From IMG/VR virus record IMGVR_UViG_3300008262_003210: a DNA stretch of 64,000 nucleotides. The stretch is one strand, 5' to 3'. The translations under genes and the position numbers were made by a program. The notes under the pieces were generated by a model that saw only the letters and a list, made by a program, of their open reading frames with translations, had not been told where the DNA came from and searched no databases. This document shows positions 56,034 to 64,000 of this stretch, piece after piece. Each line of letters begins with the position of its first letter. The first letter of the stretch is position 1. Source of the stretch: a virus. Taxonomy: Duplodnaviria > Caudoviricetes.

Positions 56034-57140
56034 ATGTTGGATGCACTAAAAACGCTATTTGAAAATAATGTGATTTCTGAGGAGATCAAAGTATCAATTG
56101 AGCAAGCATGGGAACAGCGTATCGCTGAAAACCGTGAAGAAGTTGCTCATACACTACGCGAAGAATTTGCTCAAAAATATGAGCATGACAAGCAATCAAT
56201 GATTGAAGCAGTTGATCGTATGATCACTGACCAACTATCACAAGAGCTTGTTGAGTTTGCTGACGATCGTAAGCAACTTGCGGAAATGAAGGCTCGTTAT
56301 GCTGTTAAGATGAAAGAACATACTGACACAGTAGCAAAATTTGTTACTAGTCAGTTAGCTTCAGAAGTCAAAGAGCTACACGAGGATCAAGTCGCAATGG
56401 CTGAGAAATTTGGCGATCTAGAAAAATTCGTAGTTGAGGCTTTGGCTGAAGAAATCGCAGAGTTTTACAAAGACAAGCAGGACTTGGCAGAAACCAAGGT
56501 ACGTTTAGTTCGCGAAGGACGCGAACAACTCGGTAAAGTAAAACAACAATTTGTAACCCGTGCCGCTAAGATGGTCGAAGGTCTTGTAACTAACGGTTTA
56601 AAAACCGAAATTACAGCTCTTAAAGAAGACATTGAAGCAGCTCGTCGTGCAGATTTTGGACGTAAACTATTCGAGGCTTTTGCCGCAGAATATAGCACAA
56701 GTTACTTGAATGAGAAATCAGAAACTGCAAAATTACTCAGGGTCATAGACATGAAAGATGTTGCTGTTCAAGAAGCCGCTAACGCTATTGAAGAAGCACA
56801 GCGTATCGTAGAAAGTAAAGAAGCAGAGATTGCGAAACTAAAAGAATCGCAAGCGAGAAAAGAAATCATGAATGAGTTACTTGCTCCACTTAACAGTAAG
56901 CAACGCGAAATCATGGGTGAGTTAATGGAGGGTGTGAAGACTACTCGTCTAAACGAAAGTTTTGAAAAGTATCTTCCAGCAGTTCTTAATGGAAATGTTA
57001 GAGCCCCGCAGAAGAAACAGGCACTTGTAGAGGCTAAAGAAATTACAGGTAATAAGGAAATAATTACCAACGCAAATCGTAGCGGCGAGGAAGATTCAAA
57101 TATTATTGATATCCGTCGCCTCGCTGGACTAAAAATTTAA
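56034..57140 (+). CDS. gp22: prohead scaffolding protein
   Basis: Coiled-coil E/K-rich protein between gp21 and gp23. Confidence 0.85.
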   Translation: MLDALKTLFENNVISEEIKVSIEQAWEQRIAENREEVAHTLREEFAQKYEHDKQSMIEAVDRMITDQLSQELVEFADDRKQLAEMKARYAVKMKEHTDTVAKFVTSQLASEVKELHEDQVAMAEKFGDLEKFVVEALAEEIAEFYKDKQDLAETKVRLVREGREQLGKVKQQFVTRAAKMVEGLVTNGLKTEITALKEDIEAARRADFGRKLFEAFAAEYSTSYLNEKSETAKLLRVIDMKDVAVQEAANAIEEAQRIVESKEAEIAKLKESQARKEIMNELLAPLNSKQREIMGELMEGVKTTRLNESFEKYLPAVLNGNVRAPQKKQALVEAKEITGNKEIITNANRSGEEDSNIIDIRRLAGLKI

Positions 57141-57151
57141 GGAGAAATTAA

Positions 57152-58312
57152 ATGTCTGAACTACTAAACGGCCGTTGGGCAGAGACCAAAGAGGCACTAC
57201 TTGAAGGCCTACAAGGTACCAAGCGTAGTGTAATGGGTGTAACTTTAGAAAATACTCGCAAGTATTTGACTGAGAGCCCAACTGCAGGTGCTACTTCTGC
57301 CGGCAACGTCGCAACTTTAAACCGCGTGATCCTACCAGTGATCCGTCGTGTTATGCCAACAGTTATCGCTAACGAGTTGGTCGGTGTACAACCAATGACT
57401 GGACCAGTTGGTCAAATTCACACTTTACGTGTTCGCTATGCAGATAGCAGCACTGGTGTTACAGCTGGTGAAGAGGCATTAAGCCCATTCAAGATTGCTG
57501 AAGCTTACTCAGGTAATGAGGCAAGCCCAGCAAAAGCAGCAAGCACAGCAACCCTAGAAGGTCAAGCTGGTAAGCGTATGTCAATTCAAATCTTGAAACA
57601 AACTGTCGAGGCAAAAACTCGTAAGTTAAGCGCAAGATGGACATTCGAAGCTGCTCAAGATGCACAAGCCCAACAAGGTATTGACATCGAAGCAGAAGTT
57701 ATGGCTGCTTTAGCTCAAGAAATTACAGCTGAAATTGACCAAGAGATCCTAGCTTCATTGCTAAGTCTTGCTGGTACAGCAGTTGAGTCTTTTGACCAAA
57801 ACGCTGTTTCAGGTACAGCTACATTCGTTGGTGACGAGCATGCCGCATTGGCAGTTCAAATCAACCGTGTAAGCAACTTGATTGCTCAGCGTACACGTCG
57901 TGGTGCTGGTAACTGGGCCGTTGTAAGCCCATACGCTTTGACAATTCTACAAAGCGCAACAACATCAGCATTTGCACGTACAACAGAAGGTACATTCGAA
58001 GCTCCAACAAACACCAAGTTAGTTGGTACATTGAATAATGCAATGAAAGTGTATGTTAACACATACGCAACCGATACAACTGATATTCTTATTGGTTATA
58101 AAGGTTCAAGCGAAAGCGATGCAGCAGCATTCTACTGCCCATACATCCCATTGATGTCAAGCGGTGTTGTGTTAGATCCATCAACATTCGAACCAGTCGT
58201 ATCATTCATGACACGTTATGGTTATGTTGAGTTGACAAACACAGCTTCTTCTCTAGGTAACGCAGCTGACTACCTAGGTCGTATTAGCTTGTCAAACGTT
58301 TCTTTCAAGTAA
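57152..58312 (+). CDS. gp23: major capsid protein
   Basis: VGVQPMTGPVGQIHTLR, KTRKLSARWTFEAAQD, TAEIDQE, AFYCPYIPL, FMTRYG. Confidence 0.97.
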   Translation: MSELLNGRWAETKEALLEGLQGTKRSVMGVTLENTRKYLTESPTAGATSAGNVATLNRVILPVIRRVMPTVIANELVGVQPMTGPVGQIHTLRVRYADSSTGVTAGEEALSPFKIAEAYSGNEASPAKAASTATLEGQAGKRMSIQILKQTVEAKTRKLSARWTFEAAQDAQAQQGIDIEAEVMAALAQEITAEIDQEILASLLSLAGTAVESFDQNAVSGTATFVGDEHAALAVQINRVSNLIAQRTRRGAGNWAVVSPYALTILQSATTSAFARTTEGTFEAPTNTKLVGTLNNAMKVYVNTYATDTTDILIGYKGSSESDAAAFYCPYIPLMSSGVVLDPSTFEPVVSFMTRYGYVELTNTASSLGNAADYLGRISLSNVSFK

Positions 58313-58335
58313 TCAGTTACTTAGAGCAACAAATC

Positions 58336-58363
58336 AAAAAGGACTCTTCGGAGTCCTTTTTTT
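58336..58363 (+). terminator. rho-independent terminator after gp23
   Basis: AAAAAGGACTC-TTCG-GAGTCCTTTTTTT. Confidence 0.9.
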
Positions 58364-58370
58364 ATCTCAG

Positions 58371-58377
58371 CTAAATA
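58371..58377 (+). promoter_or_regulatory. late promoter variant
   Basis: CTAAATA just after the terminator. Confidence 0.55.
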
Positions 58378-58386
58378 CATAGTACG

Positions 58387-58443
58387 ACTTACATAGGGTA
58401 AGTTTTATGCGGAAATCCAACCGCGTATGGCCTAGAACGCCAT
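58387..58443 (+). promoter_or_regulatory. structured 5' leader with three hairpins
   Basis: ACTTAC/GTAAGT, TATGCGG/CCGCGTA, ATGGC/GCCAT upstream of the AAGGAG RBS. Confidence 0.5.
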
Positions 58444-58464
58444 TTTTCTTAAGGAGAAAACAAA

Positions 58465-59160
58465 ATGGGACGTCCAATTCAAAAGAAATTTTTCGCAAAC
58501 ACCAATTACGAACTATTTGGTACAGCAAATGTAGGTGGTGAGTCAATTGCTAGTGTAACAGCTCCAGCAGGAACATTAGCAACATTAGTCAACGGTACAT
58601 ATACAATTCCTCCAGCCAGTATTGGTGCACCTGATATCGATGGCGGTGCTAAACCAGTATTAACTGTTACAGTAACAGGCGCAACAGCTTATACAGTAAC
58701 AGTAGTTTCAGCAGGCTCTGGTTATACAAGTGCTCCAACAATTACATTTGCTGGTAGCGTAGCAGGTGGCTCTGGTAGTGCTACTCCTATAGCAACATTG
58801 ACATCAGGCGCAACAGCACGTCAAAATGGTATTAAATGTGAAGCACAAGTTCCAACAGTTGCTGAAGCAACTACAGGCGATATTATTAAACAAGTTGGTA
58901 GTAAACGTTACAAAGTAAATGTAGGCGGTGTGGAAGGCATTTGCAAACTAGTACAATCTGCTAGTCTAGGCGACGGAGAAATGTCAATTACAGCAACTGA
59001 TGCAAATAGCAACGCATACTTTATTAGAAAGCTAACAGCTCGTACATGTATTGTTGAGCGCAAGTCTTCTGGCGACGGTGATTTTGCTACAGGTGCAAAA
59101 GTTAAATGGACTTTTACAAGCCCAGCACCAGCAGATTCAGTAACTATTGAAAATCAATAA
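58465..59160 (+). CDS. putative virion structural protein
   Basis: 231 aa; VTVVSAGSGYTSAPTITF repeat unit also present in the giant wedge protein. Confidence 0.6.
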   Translation: MGRPIQKKFFANTNYELFGTANVGGESIASVTAPAGTLATLVNGTYTIPPASIGAPDIDGGAKPVLTVTVTGATAYTVTVVSAGSGYTSAPTITFAGSVAGGSGSATPIATLTSGATARQNGIKCEAQVPTVAEATTGDIIKQVGSKRYKVNVGGVEGICKLVQSASLGDGEMSITATDANSNAYFIRKLTARTCIVERKSSGDGDFATGAKVKWTFTSPAPADSVTIENQ

Positions 59161-59166
59161 TTAAAT

Positions 59167-59184
59167 TAGGGGCTTCGGCCCCTA
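59167..59184 (+). other. C(UUCG)G hairpin (weak terminator or mRNA stabiliser)
   Basis: TAGGGGC-TTCG-GCCCCTA with no U-tract. Confidence 0.55.
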
Positions 59185-59197
59185 TTAAGGATTTAGA

Positions 59198-60133
59198 ATG
59201 TCTAGAATATTAAGAGTAACCGAAGGTGATTATAGAGTCAAAGTTCAAGATGCTGGGAGCATCACGCTTGATACTGGACTCGAACAAGGTACGGTTATTA
59301 TCACCGGAGATTTACTAGTTAAAGGCAATACAACTACAGTTGATACTGCTAATCTTAATATTGAAGACAATTTAATTTTATTAAACAAAGGCGAAAGCGG
59401 AGCAGGAGTTACAGAAGGAACAGCAGGTTTAGAAATTGAACGAGGATCACTTGAAAACGCACAATTTTTGTGGGACGAATCAATTGATAAGTTTAAAATT
59501 CAACTTGATACAGATGTTCTTTCAGGTATTGTAGTTGGAAATATTGCAACAGATCCAACTACAAACTTAGAGTTTGATATGCAAAGTGGACCTGGTACCC
59601 TACGCATTACAAATTCAACAGGTTATGAAAGTCGTGTGTTAGATCCAGACGATATTCCAAATAGACAATATGTAACCGACTATGTGTTTGCCAGCGGCGG
59701 ATCTGCTGTTGTTAGTTTAATTCAATATCCAGTTGGCGCTTCGTACGGCAATGCAGATACTATGGTAGAAGCACTATCATCAAGTATTAAAATTTGGGTT
59801 GATCCGGGCACTGGACTTTCTCAAGTAGCACAATTTTCTAATAATGGTCTTGACGTTGACAATGTAAATATTTTAGAAAATACAATTTTAAATTCTGACC
59901 CAGCAGAATATTTGATTCTGACAGCGGCTAGTACACATGTTCAAATAGATGGTGTTCTTAATTTGAAAGAATTAATTACTGCACCAACTTCTACCGGAGG
60001 AGATGCTAGACTTTATGCAAAATCTGTCGCAGTTGGAGAAGAATTTAACAGTGGTGTGTTTATTGCTAACAGCAGAACACAAGATGAAATTGTAGTTAAA
60101 AATAGAGCGTTACTTTTAAGTATGCTCTTTTAA
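59198..60133 (+). CDS. putative virion fibre/structural protein
   Basis: ITGDLLVKGNTTTVDTANLNIEDNLILLNK fibre-type motif, similar to the one in 10161..11822. Confidence 0.6.
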   Translation: MSRILRVTEGDYRVKVQDAGSITLDTGLEQGTVIITGDLLVKGNTTTVDTANLNIEDNLILLNKGESGAGVTEGTAGLEIERGSLENAQFLWDESIDKFKIQLDTDVLSGIVVGNIATDPTTNLEFDMQSGPGTLRITNSTGYESRVLDPDDIPNRQYVTDYVFASGGSAVVSLIQYPVGASYGNADTMVEALSSSIKIWVDPGTGLSQVAQFSNNGLDVDNVNILENTILNSDPAEYLILTAASTHVQIDGVLNLKELITAPTSTGGDARLYAKSVAVGEEFNSGVFIANSRTQDEIVVKNRALLLSMLF

Positions 60134-60145
60134 GGATAAAAGAAT

Positions 60146-60463
60146 ATGGCAATATATAATACACCAATTACAGCACTAGTTGAAGCAAGTGCAGACACAT
60201 TAGCATCGGGTTCTGGTGCTAGGGCAATTACTACTGTCATAGTGTGTAATACAACAAGTGGAGATAAAACAGTTTCATTATATGCTGTTGCAGGCGGCGG
60301 TTCAGCAAGTGCAAATAATATGATTGTAAACACTCTTACTGTTCCAGCAGGAGATACTGTAAGTTTTGATCAAGAAAAAATGGTATTAAGCACCGGCGAC
60401 CAATTAAAAGCAATTTGTAGTGCTAGTGGTTTAACAGCAACAGTAAGCACATTGGTAGTTTAA
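60146..60463 (+). CDS. small beta-rich putative virion protein
   Basis: 105 aa, AAGGA RBS. Confidence 0.6.
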   Translation: MAIYNTPITALVEASADTLASGSGARAITTVIVCNTTSGDKTVSLYAVAGGGSASANNMIVNTLTVPAGDTVSFDQEKMVLSTGDQLKAICSASGLTATVSTLVV

Positions 60464-60464
60464 T

Positions 60465-61004
60465 ATGAGATTTTTAAAAACACTTACTCTAAATCGAAGA
60501 GCAATTTACGATAGTCGTGTGGCACTAACAACCAGCAATGACTTGACTCTTGCTGACAGCAGGACTATGGTCCTTCCAAAAAGCAGTAGTAGTGTGTCAA
60601 GCCCAACAATTGGACAAATGCGTTACAACACATCAACAGACCAAGTTGAAGTTTATCAAGGGGTTGGCGGTGGTGCAACTTGGAGATCATTACGTTTTAA
60701 AGAAGCAACACAAATTAGTAGAGAAAATTATACAGGTGATGGCACAAGTACTGTATTTGGACCGTTAACTTATCAACCACCAGCTGTAGTTGAAAGCGGC
60801 GCTACATGGACCGGAAACAATTTAATAGTTATAGTCGGAAACGTTTTTCAAATTTACAATACAAACTATCTAATTCAATTAGGTTCTACATTAGGTGCTC
60901 CTTATAATACTCCGCCTAACGATACAAAATATTATATTCAATTTACATCAGCTACACCAGGTTTATCAACACCAATAGTCATACTACATGGTTTTGATCA
61001 GTAA
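60465..61004 (+). CDS. putative virion structural protein
   Basis: GQMRYNTSTDQVEVYQG fibre-type motif. Confidence 0.55.
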   Translation: MRFLKTLTLNRRAIYDSRVALTTSNDLTLADSRTMVLPKSSSSVSSPTIGQMRYNTSTDQVEVYQGVGGGATWRSLRFKEATQISRENYTGDGTSTVFGPLTYQPPAVVESGATWTGNNLIVIVGNVFQIYNTNYLIQLGSTLGAPYNTPPNDTKYYIQFTSATPGLSTPIVILHGFDQ

Positions 61005-61015
61005 GGAGTAACACA

Positions 61016-64000
61016 ATGCCATTACTACCAGAAAACGTAGTAGCATTAGGTAGAATAGGCGGCCCGCTACTAGACAGCAACCTTAAAAGAAAAAACGCAG
61101 GAACAGGCGAAGAAAATCTTGCGTTCGGCAACACATCTCTAGTTAACCCAACTGTACTTTATCTAGATGTAATAAACGGCCGTGTGGGTATTAACACAGA
61201 TACTCCAACTCATCCGCTCAATGTAAGTAACATACGAACAACAAATTTAATTGTTCCTACACAAACTGAAATAGAAAATTTTGTTATAACAACTAACACA
61301 ATTCAAAATATTTCAACAGCAATAACAATTAGTCCAGATCAAACAACAGATCCTGTTATTGATATGGTCAAAATAGGAACTTATGATTATGGTTCAAGTG
61401 TAGCGTACTTGAACATCAGCGATCAACTGATTGAAAATATCAACAACAATAGTAATATTGAAATAAGTCCAAACGGCCTGGGCGCTGTTAATATTACTAC
61501 TTCCAAATTATATGTTGATGGAAATTTTACAGCAACAGGTAATATTAATTGGGACGGCTCACTAATTACATTAGGTAGTAATGACAGCGATAACGTAGTT
61601 TTTAATGCAGACGTAAACAGTAATATTGTACCTAATATTAATGAAACATATGATTTAGGCACAGCATTAAAACGTTGGAATACAATTTATACTGAAGATT
61701 TTCCAGTTGATAATTTAAATTTAGATTCTGCAATAATTAACGGTATAGACATGTTGCTTGAACAAGGCAACACTATCTATGTTAGTATATATGGAGATGA
61801 TTTAAATGTAGGAACACATCTACACAACACTTATCGTACAGTAAAATATGCACTTAGTCAAGCAACGGCCGGTGATACTGTTGTAATTTTTCCAGGAACA
61901 TACGAAGAAATATTTCCACTAACTGTACCAGCAGGTGTGACAGTTAACGGTGCGGGTATTAGAGCAGTAACAATAATACCTACAGTTGGAACAAATACTA
62001 ACAATGCATTTTTATTAAACGGCGAAACAACTGTTAGTAATCTGACTGTTAAAGATTTTTATACAGGCTACGCATTTAGTTTTGCTAGTGGATTTACAGT
62101 AACCAGTCGTAGTCCTTATGTACAAAATGTTACAGTAATAACAACAGGACCAAATGCAGGTAACGGCGCCTTAGTTGACGGTAGTTTAGCCAACAGCTCC
62201 AGTAAAGAAGCCAGTATGTTGTTTCATAGTATCACTATGATTGTACCTAACAGTATAGGCATTACGGCAACTAACGGCGCTCGTGTTGAGTGGTTAAACA
62301 GTTTTACCTATTTTGCTGAAAAAGGAATTTACCTAACACAAGGTGCATTAGGTTTTGCAAGTCTCGGAGTCAAGTACGGTGCAGAAATTCGCAGTATTGG
62401 ATCAGCAAACGTGTACGGAACTTATGGTGCTGTAGCAGACGGTGCTAACACATTAGCCTACTTGATTAGCCATAATTTTGCTTACATTGGTGCAGGAACA
62501 ACTACTTCAAACGAACCTCATTTAGTAATTCAAGCTAATGAAGTGGTAGAGTTAAACAGTGGAAAAATTTATTACGAAAGTGTTGATGCAAAGGGTGATT
62601 TTAGAATAGGCGATATATTCTATGTAAATCAAGAGACAGGCGCAGTAGTATTTAATGCTCAAAGCATAAGTTTTCTTCCTACCGGAAATATTACGTTAAC
62701 TGGCCCAACCAGCTCAGCGTTTATTGATGCAACTACTGTAGATGTTGGAAATATACGTGTATACGACAACACTATTGAAAGTGTTATTGGACCAATCAAT
62801 TTTTCTACTTTTTCCGGAACAACTAATTTAAGTACAAATATATTTGTAACTGGTAATACAGAAATTTCAGCAGATGCTATTGTAAGAGGTAATTTATATT
62901 TAGGCAATCAAGCATCTGATACTATAACCATATATCCAGAATTTACACAGGATTTATTACCAGACGATGTTGGCGGCCCGTTTACACTAGGTACTGATCC
63001 TAAGCGATGGGATACACTATATAGTTCTTTGTTAAATGTTGATGATATTATACAAATTGATAGTAATACTATTGAAACCCTGACAACAGATACTGATTTA
63101 ATACTTCAAGCTGCTGGTATAGGAAAAATTAATGTTGTAGATACTAACGTTACAGTTAATAACAACCTTACAACTGATAGTTTAACTGTAAATGGGCTAT
63201 CTACGCTACAAGACTTAACAATTACTGGAACTACCTTGCAGACTGGAAACTGGGGACAGACTGGTAATTTAGATTTAACAGGCGATGTAACTGTTAATAT
63301 TCTTAAAATAACCGGGCTTACTTCATATTTTACTGTTCCTGATTTCAAGTTTGAAGGAAATGAAATTAGCATAACTGCGCTAGATCAAGATTTAAATATT
63401 TTTGGTAATACTACTGGAGCAGTGATTTTAAAAGATTCCGTAAAAATTTCTGGCAGCACAATTGAGTCGGTGTCTAGCTCACTGTTAAATCAAAATTTAA
63501 CTTTTACACCTGACGGTACTGGAAATTTTATTGTAGATACAACAAAGTCTTTAAAAATTCCAATAGGTAACAATACTACCAGAACATTAAACGCAGGAGA
63601 AATTAGGTACAATAATGTAACTAATTTGTTTGAAGGTGGCGGTGCCACAGGTGGACTGATTAGCTTTAACGGGCTATACGATAGTGACAGAAATACCTAT
63701 ATTACTACTGGAGGATTAGATAATACAATCTATTTTGGTATTAATAACAGCGTAAGAGCTACTATTGATAGCACCTCATTAGAATCATCTAGATTTGACA
63801 TAGGAAATATTCGTTTTGAAGGAAATACAGTTTTAAATTCTTTATCTGGAAATGATTTAATTTTATTGCCTACTGGAACAGGAAACACACTTTTAAACAA
63901 CATAGGATTTTCTTCAGAAAGTACTATAACAAATCAATCAAATAGTCCGCTAGTAATTAAAGGAACAGGCTCAGGCTATATTAGTTTTGCATCTGCGGCT
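61016..64000 (+). CDS. large tail fibre/spike with pectin-lyase-like beta-helix, 3' truncated by the window (missing from the ORF track)
   Basis: AAGGAG RBS, ATG at 61016, frame open at spot checks to the window end (995 codons); TIYVSIYGDDLNVG...TVKYAL...GDTVVIFPGTYEE; repeat LGT..KRW.T.Y. Confidence 0.7.
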   Translation, partial: MPLLPENVVALGRIGGPLLDSNLKRKNAGTGEENLAFGNTSLVNPTVLYLDVINGRVGINTDTPTHPLNVSNIRTTNLIVPTQTEIENFVITTNTIQNISTAITISPDQTTDPVIDMVKIGTYDYGSSVAYLNISDQLIENINNNSNIEISPNGLGAVNITTSKLYVDGNFTATGNINWDGSLITLGSNDSDNVVFNADVNSNIVPNINETYDLGTALKRWNTIYTEDFPVDNLNLDSAIINGIDMLLEQGNTIYVSIYGDDLNVGTHLHNTYRTVKYALSQATAGDTVVIFPGTYEEIFPLTVPAGVTVNGAGIRAVTIIPTVGTNTNNAFLLNGETTVSNLTVKDFYTGYAFSFASGFTVTSRSPYVQNVTVITTGPNAGNGALVDGSLANSSSKEASMLFHSITMIVPNSIGITATNGARVEWLNSFTYFAEKGIYLTQGALGFASLGVKYGAEIRSIGSANVYGTYGAVADGANTLAYLISHNFAYIGAGTTTSNEPHLVIQANEVVELNSGKIYYESVDAKGDFRIGDIFYVNQETGAVVFNAQSISFLPTGNITLTGPTSSAFIDATTVDVGNIRVYDNTIESVIGPINFSTFSGTTNLSTNIFVTGNTEISADAIVRGNLYLGNQASDTITIYPEFTQDLLPDDVGGPFTLGTDPKRWDTLYSSLLNVDDIIQIDSNTIETLTTDTDLILQAAGIGKINVVDTNVTVNNNLTTDSLTVNGLSTLQDLTITGTTLQTGNWGQTGNLDLTGDVTVNILKITGLTSYFTVPDFKFEGNEISITALDQDLNIFGNTTGAVILKDSVKISGSTIESVSSSLLNQNLTFTPDGTGNFIVDTTKSLKIPIGNNTTRTLNAGEIRYNNVTNLFEGGGATGGLISFNGLYDSDRNTYITTGGLDNTIYFGINNSVRATIDSTSLESSRFDIGNIRFEGNTVLNSLSGNDLILLPTGTGNTLLNNIGFSSESTITNQSNSPLVIKGTGSGYISFASAA

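Noticed and set aside
56830-56856. TTGCGA/TCGCAA and TCGC-AA-GCGA hairpins in gp22
   Set aside because: Short and isolated, with no exact GC-GNA-GC cluster; compatible with chance.
1-64000. Stop-codon reassignment, as in some large phages
   Set aside because: Core genes and a 4970-aa ORF are intact in the standard code with dense packing.

Overview
An AT-rich segment of a large T4-like myovirus genome, read in the standard code. It has no tRNA, rRNA, CRISPR array or transposon. From left to right it holds: (1) a rightward block with a HEXXH/VWA protein, small hypotheticals and thyX; (2) a leftward glycosyltransferase cluster with its own sigma70-type promoter; (3) a ~35-kb leftward tail-fibre/baseplate block with three paralogous fibres, a beta-propeller protein, a gp9/10-like protein, a 4970-aa wedge protein, gp6, gp25, gp5, a hub, gp53 and a gp48/54-like gene; (4) rightward gp55, gp47, gp46, small genes and a GIY-YIG nuclease, followed by a ~370-nt highly structured non-coding stretch; (5) a leftward gp26/gp51-like pair; (6) a rightward tape measure, gp20, core, gp21, gp22, gp23 and further virion genes running off the window. 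The top leads are the large ornate ncRNA candidate abutting the GIY-YIG gene, a probable lambda G/GT-style -1 frameshift joining gp26 and gp51, and clusters of GCGAAGC-type DNA mini-hairpins (one hidden inside gp46). Also notable are an overlap between the gp55 sigma70 promoter and a late promoter, and a structured leader after the capsid gene. Product names come from motif recognition by eye; no database search was run.
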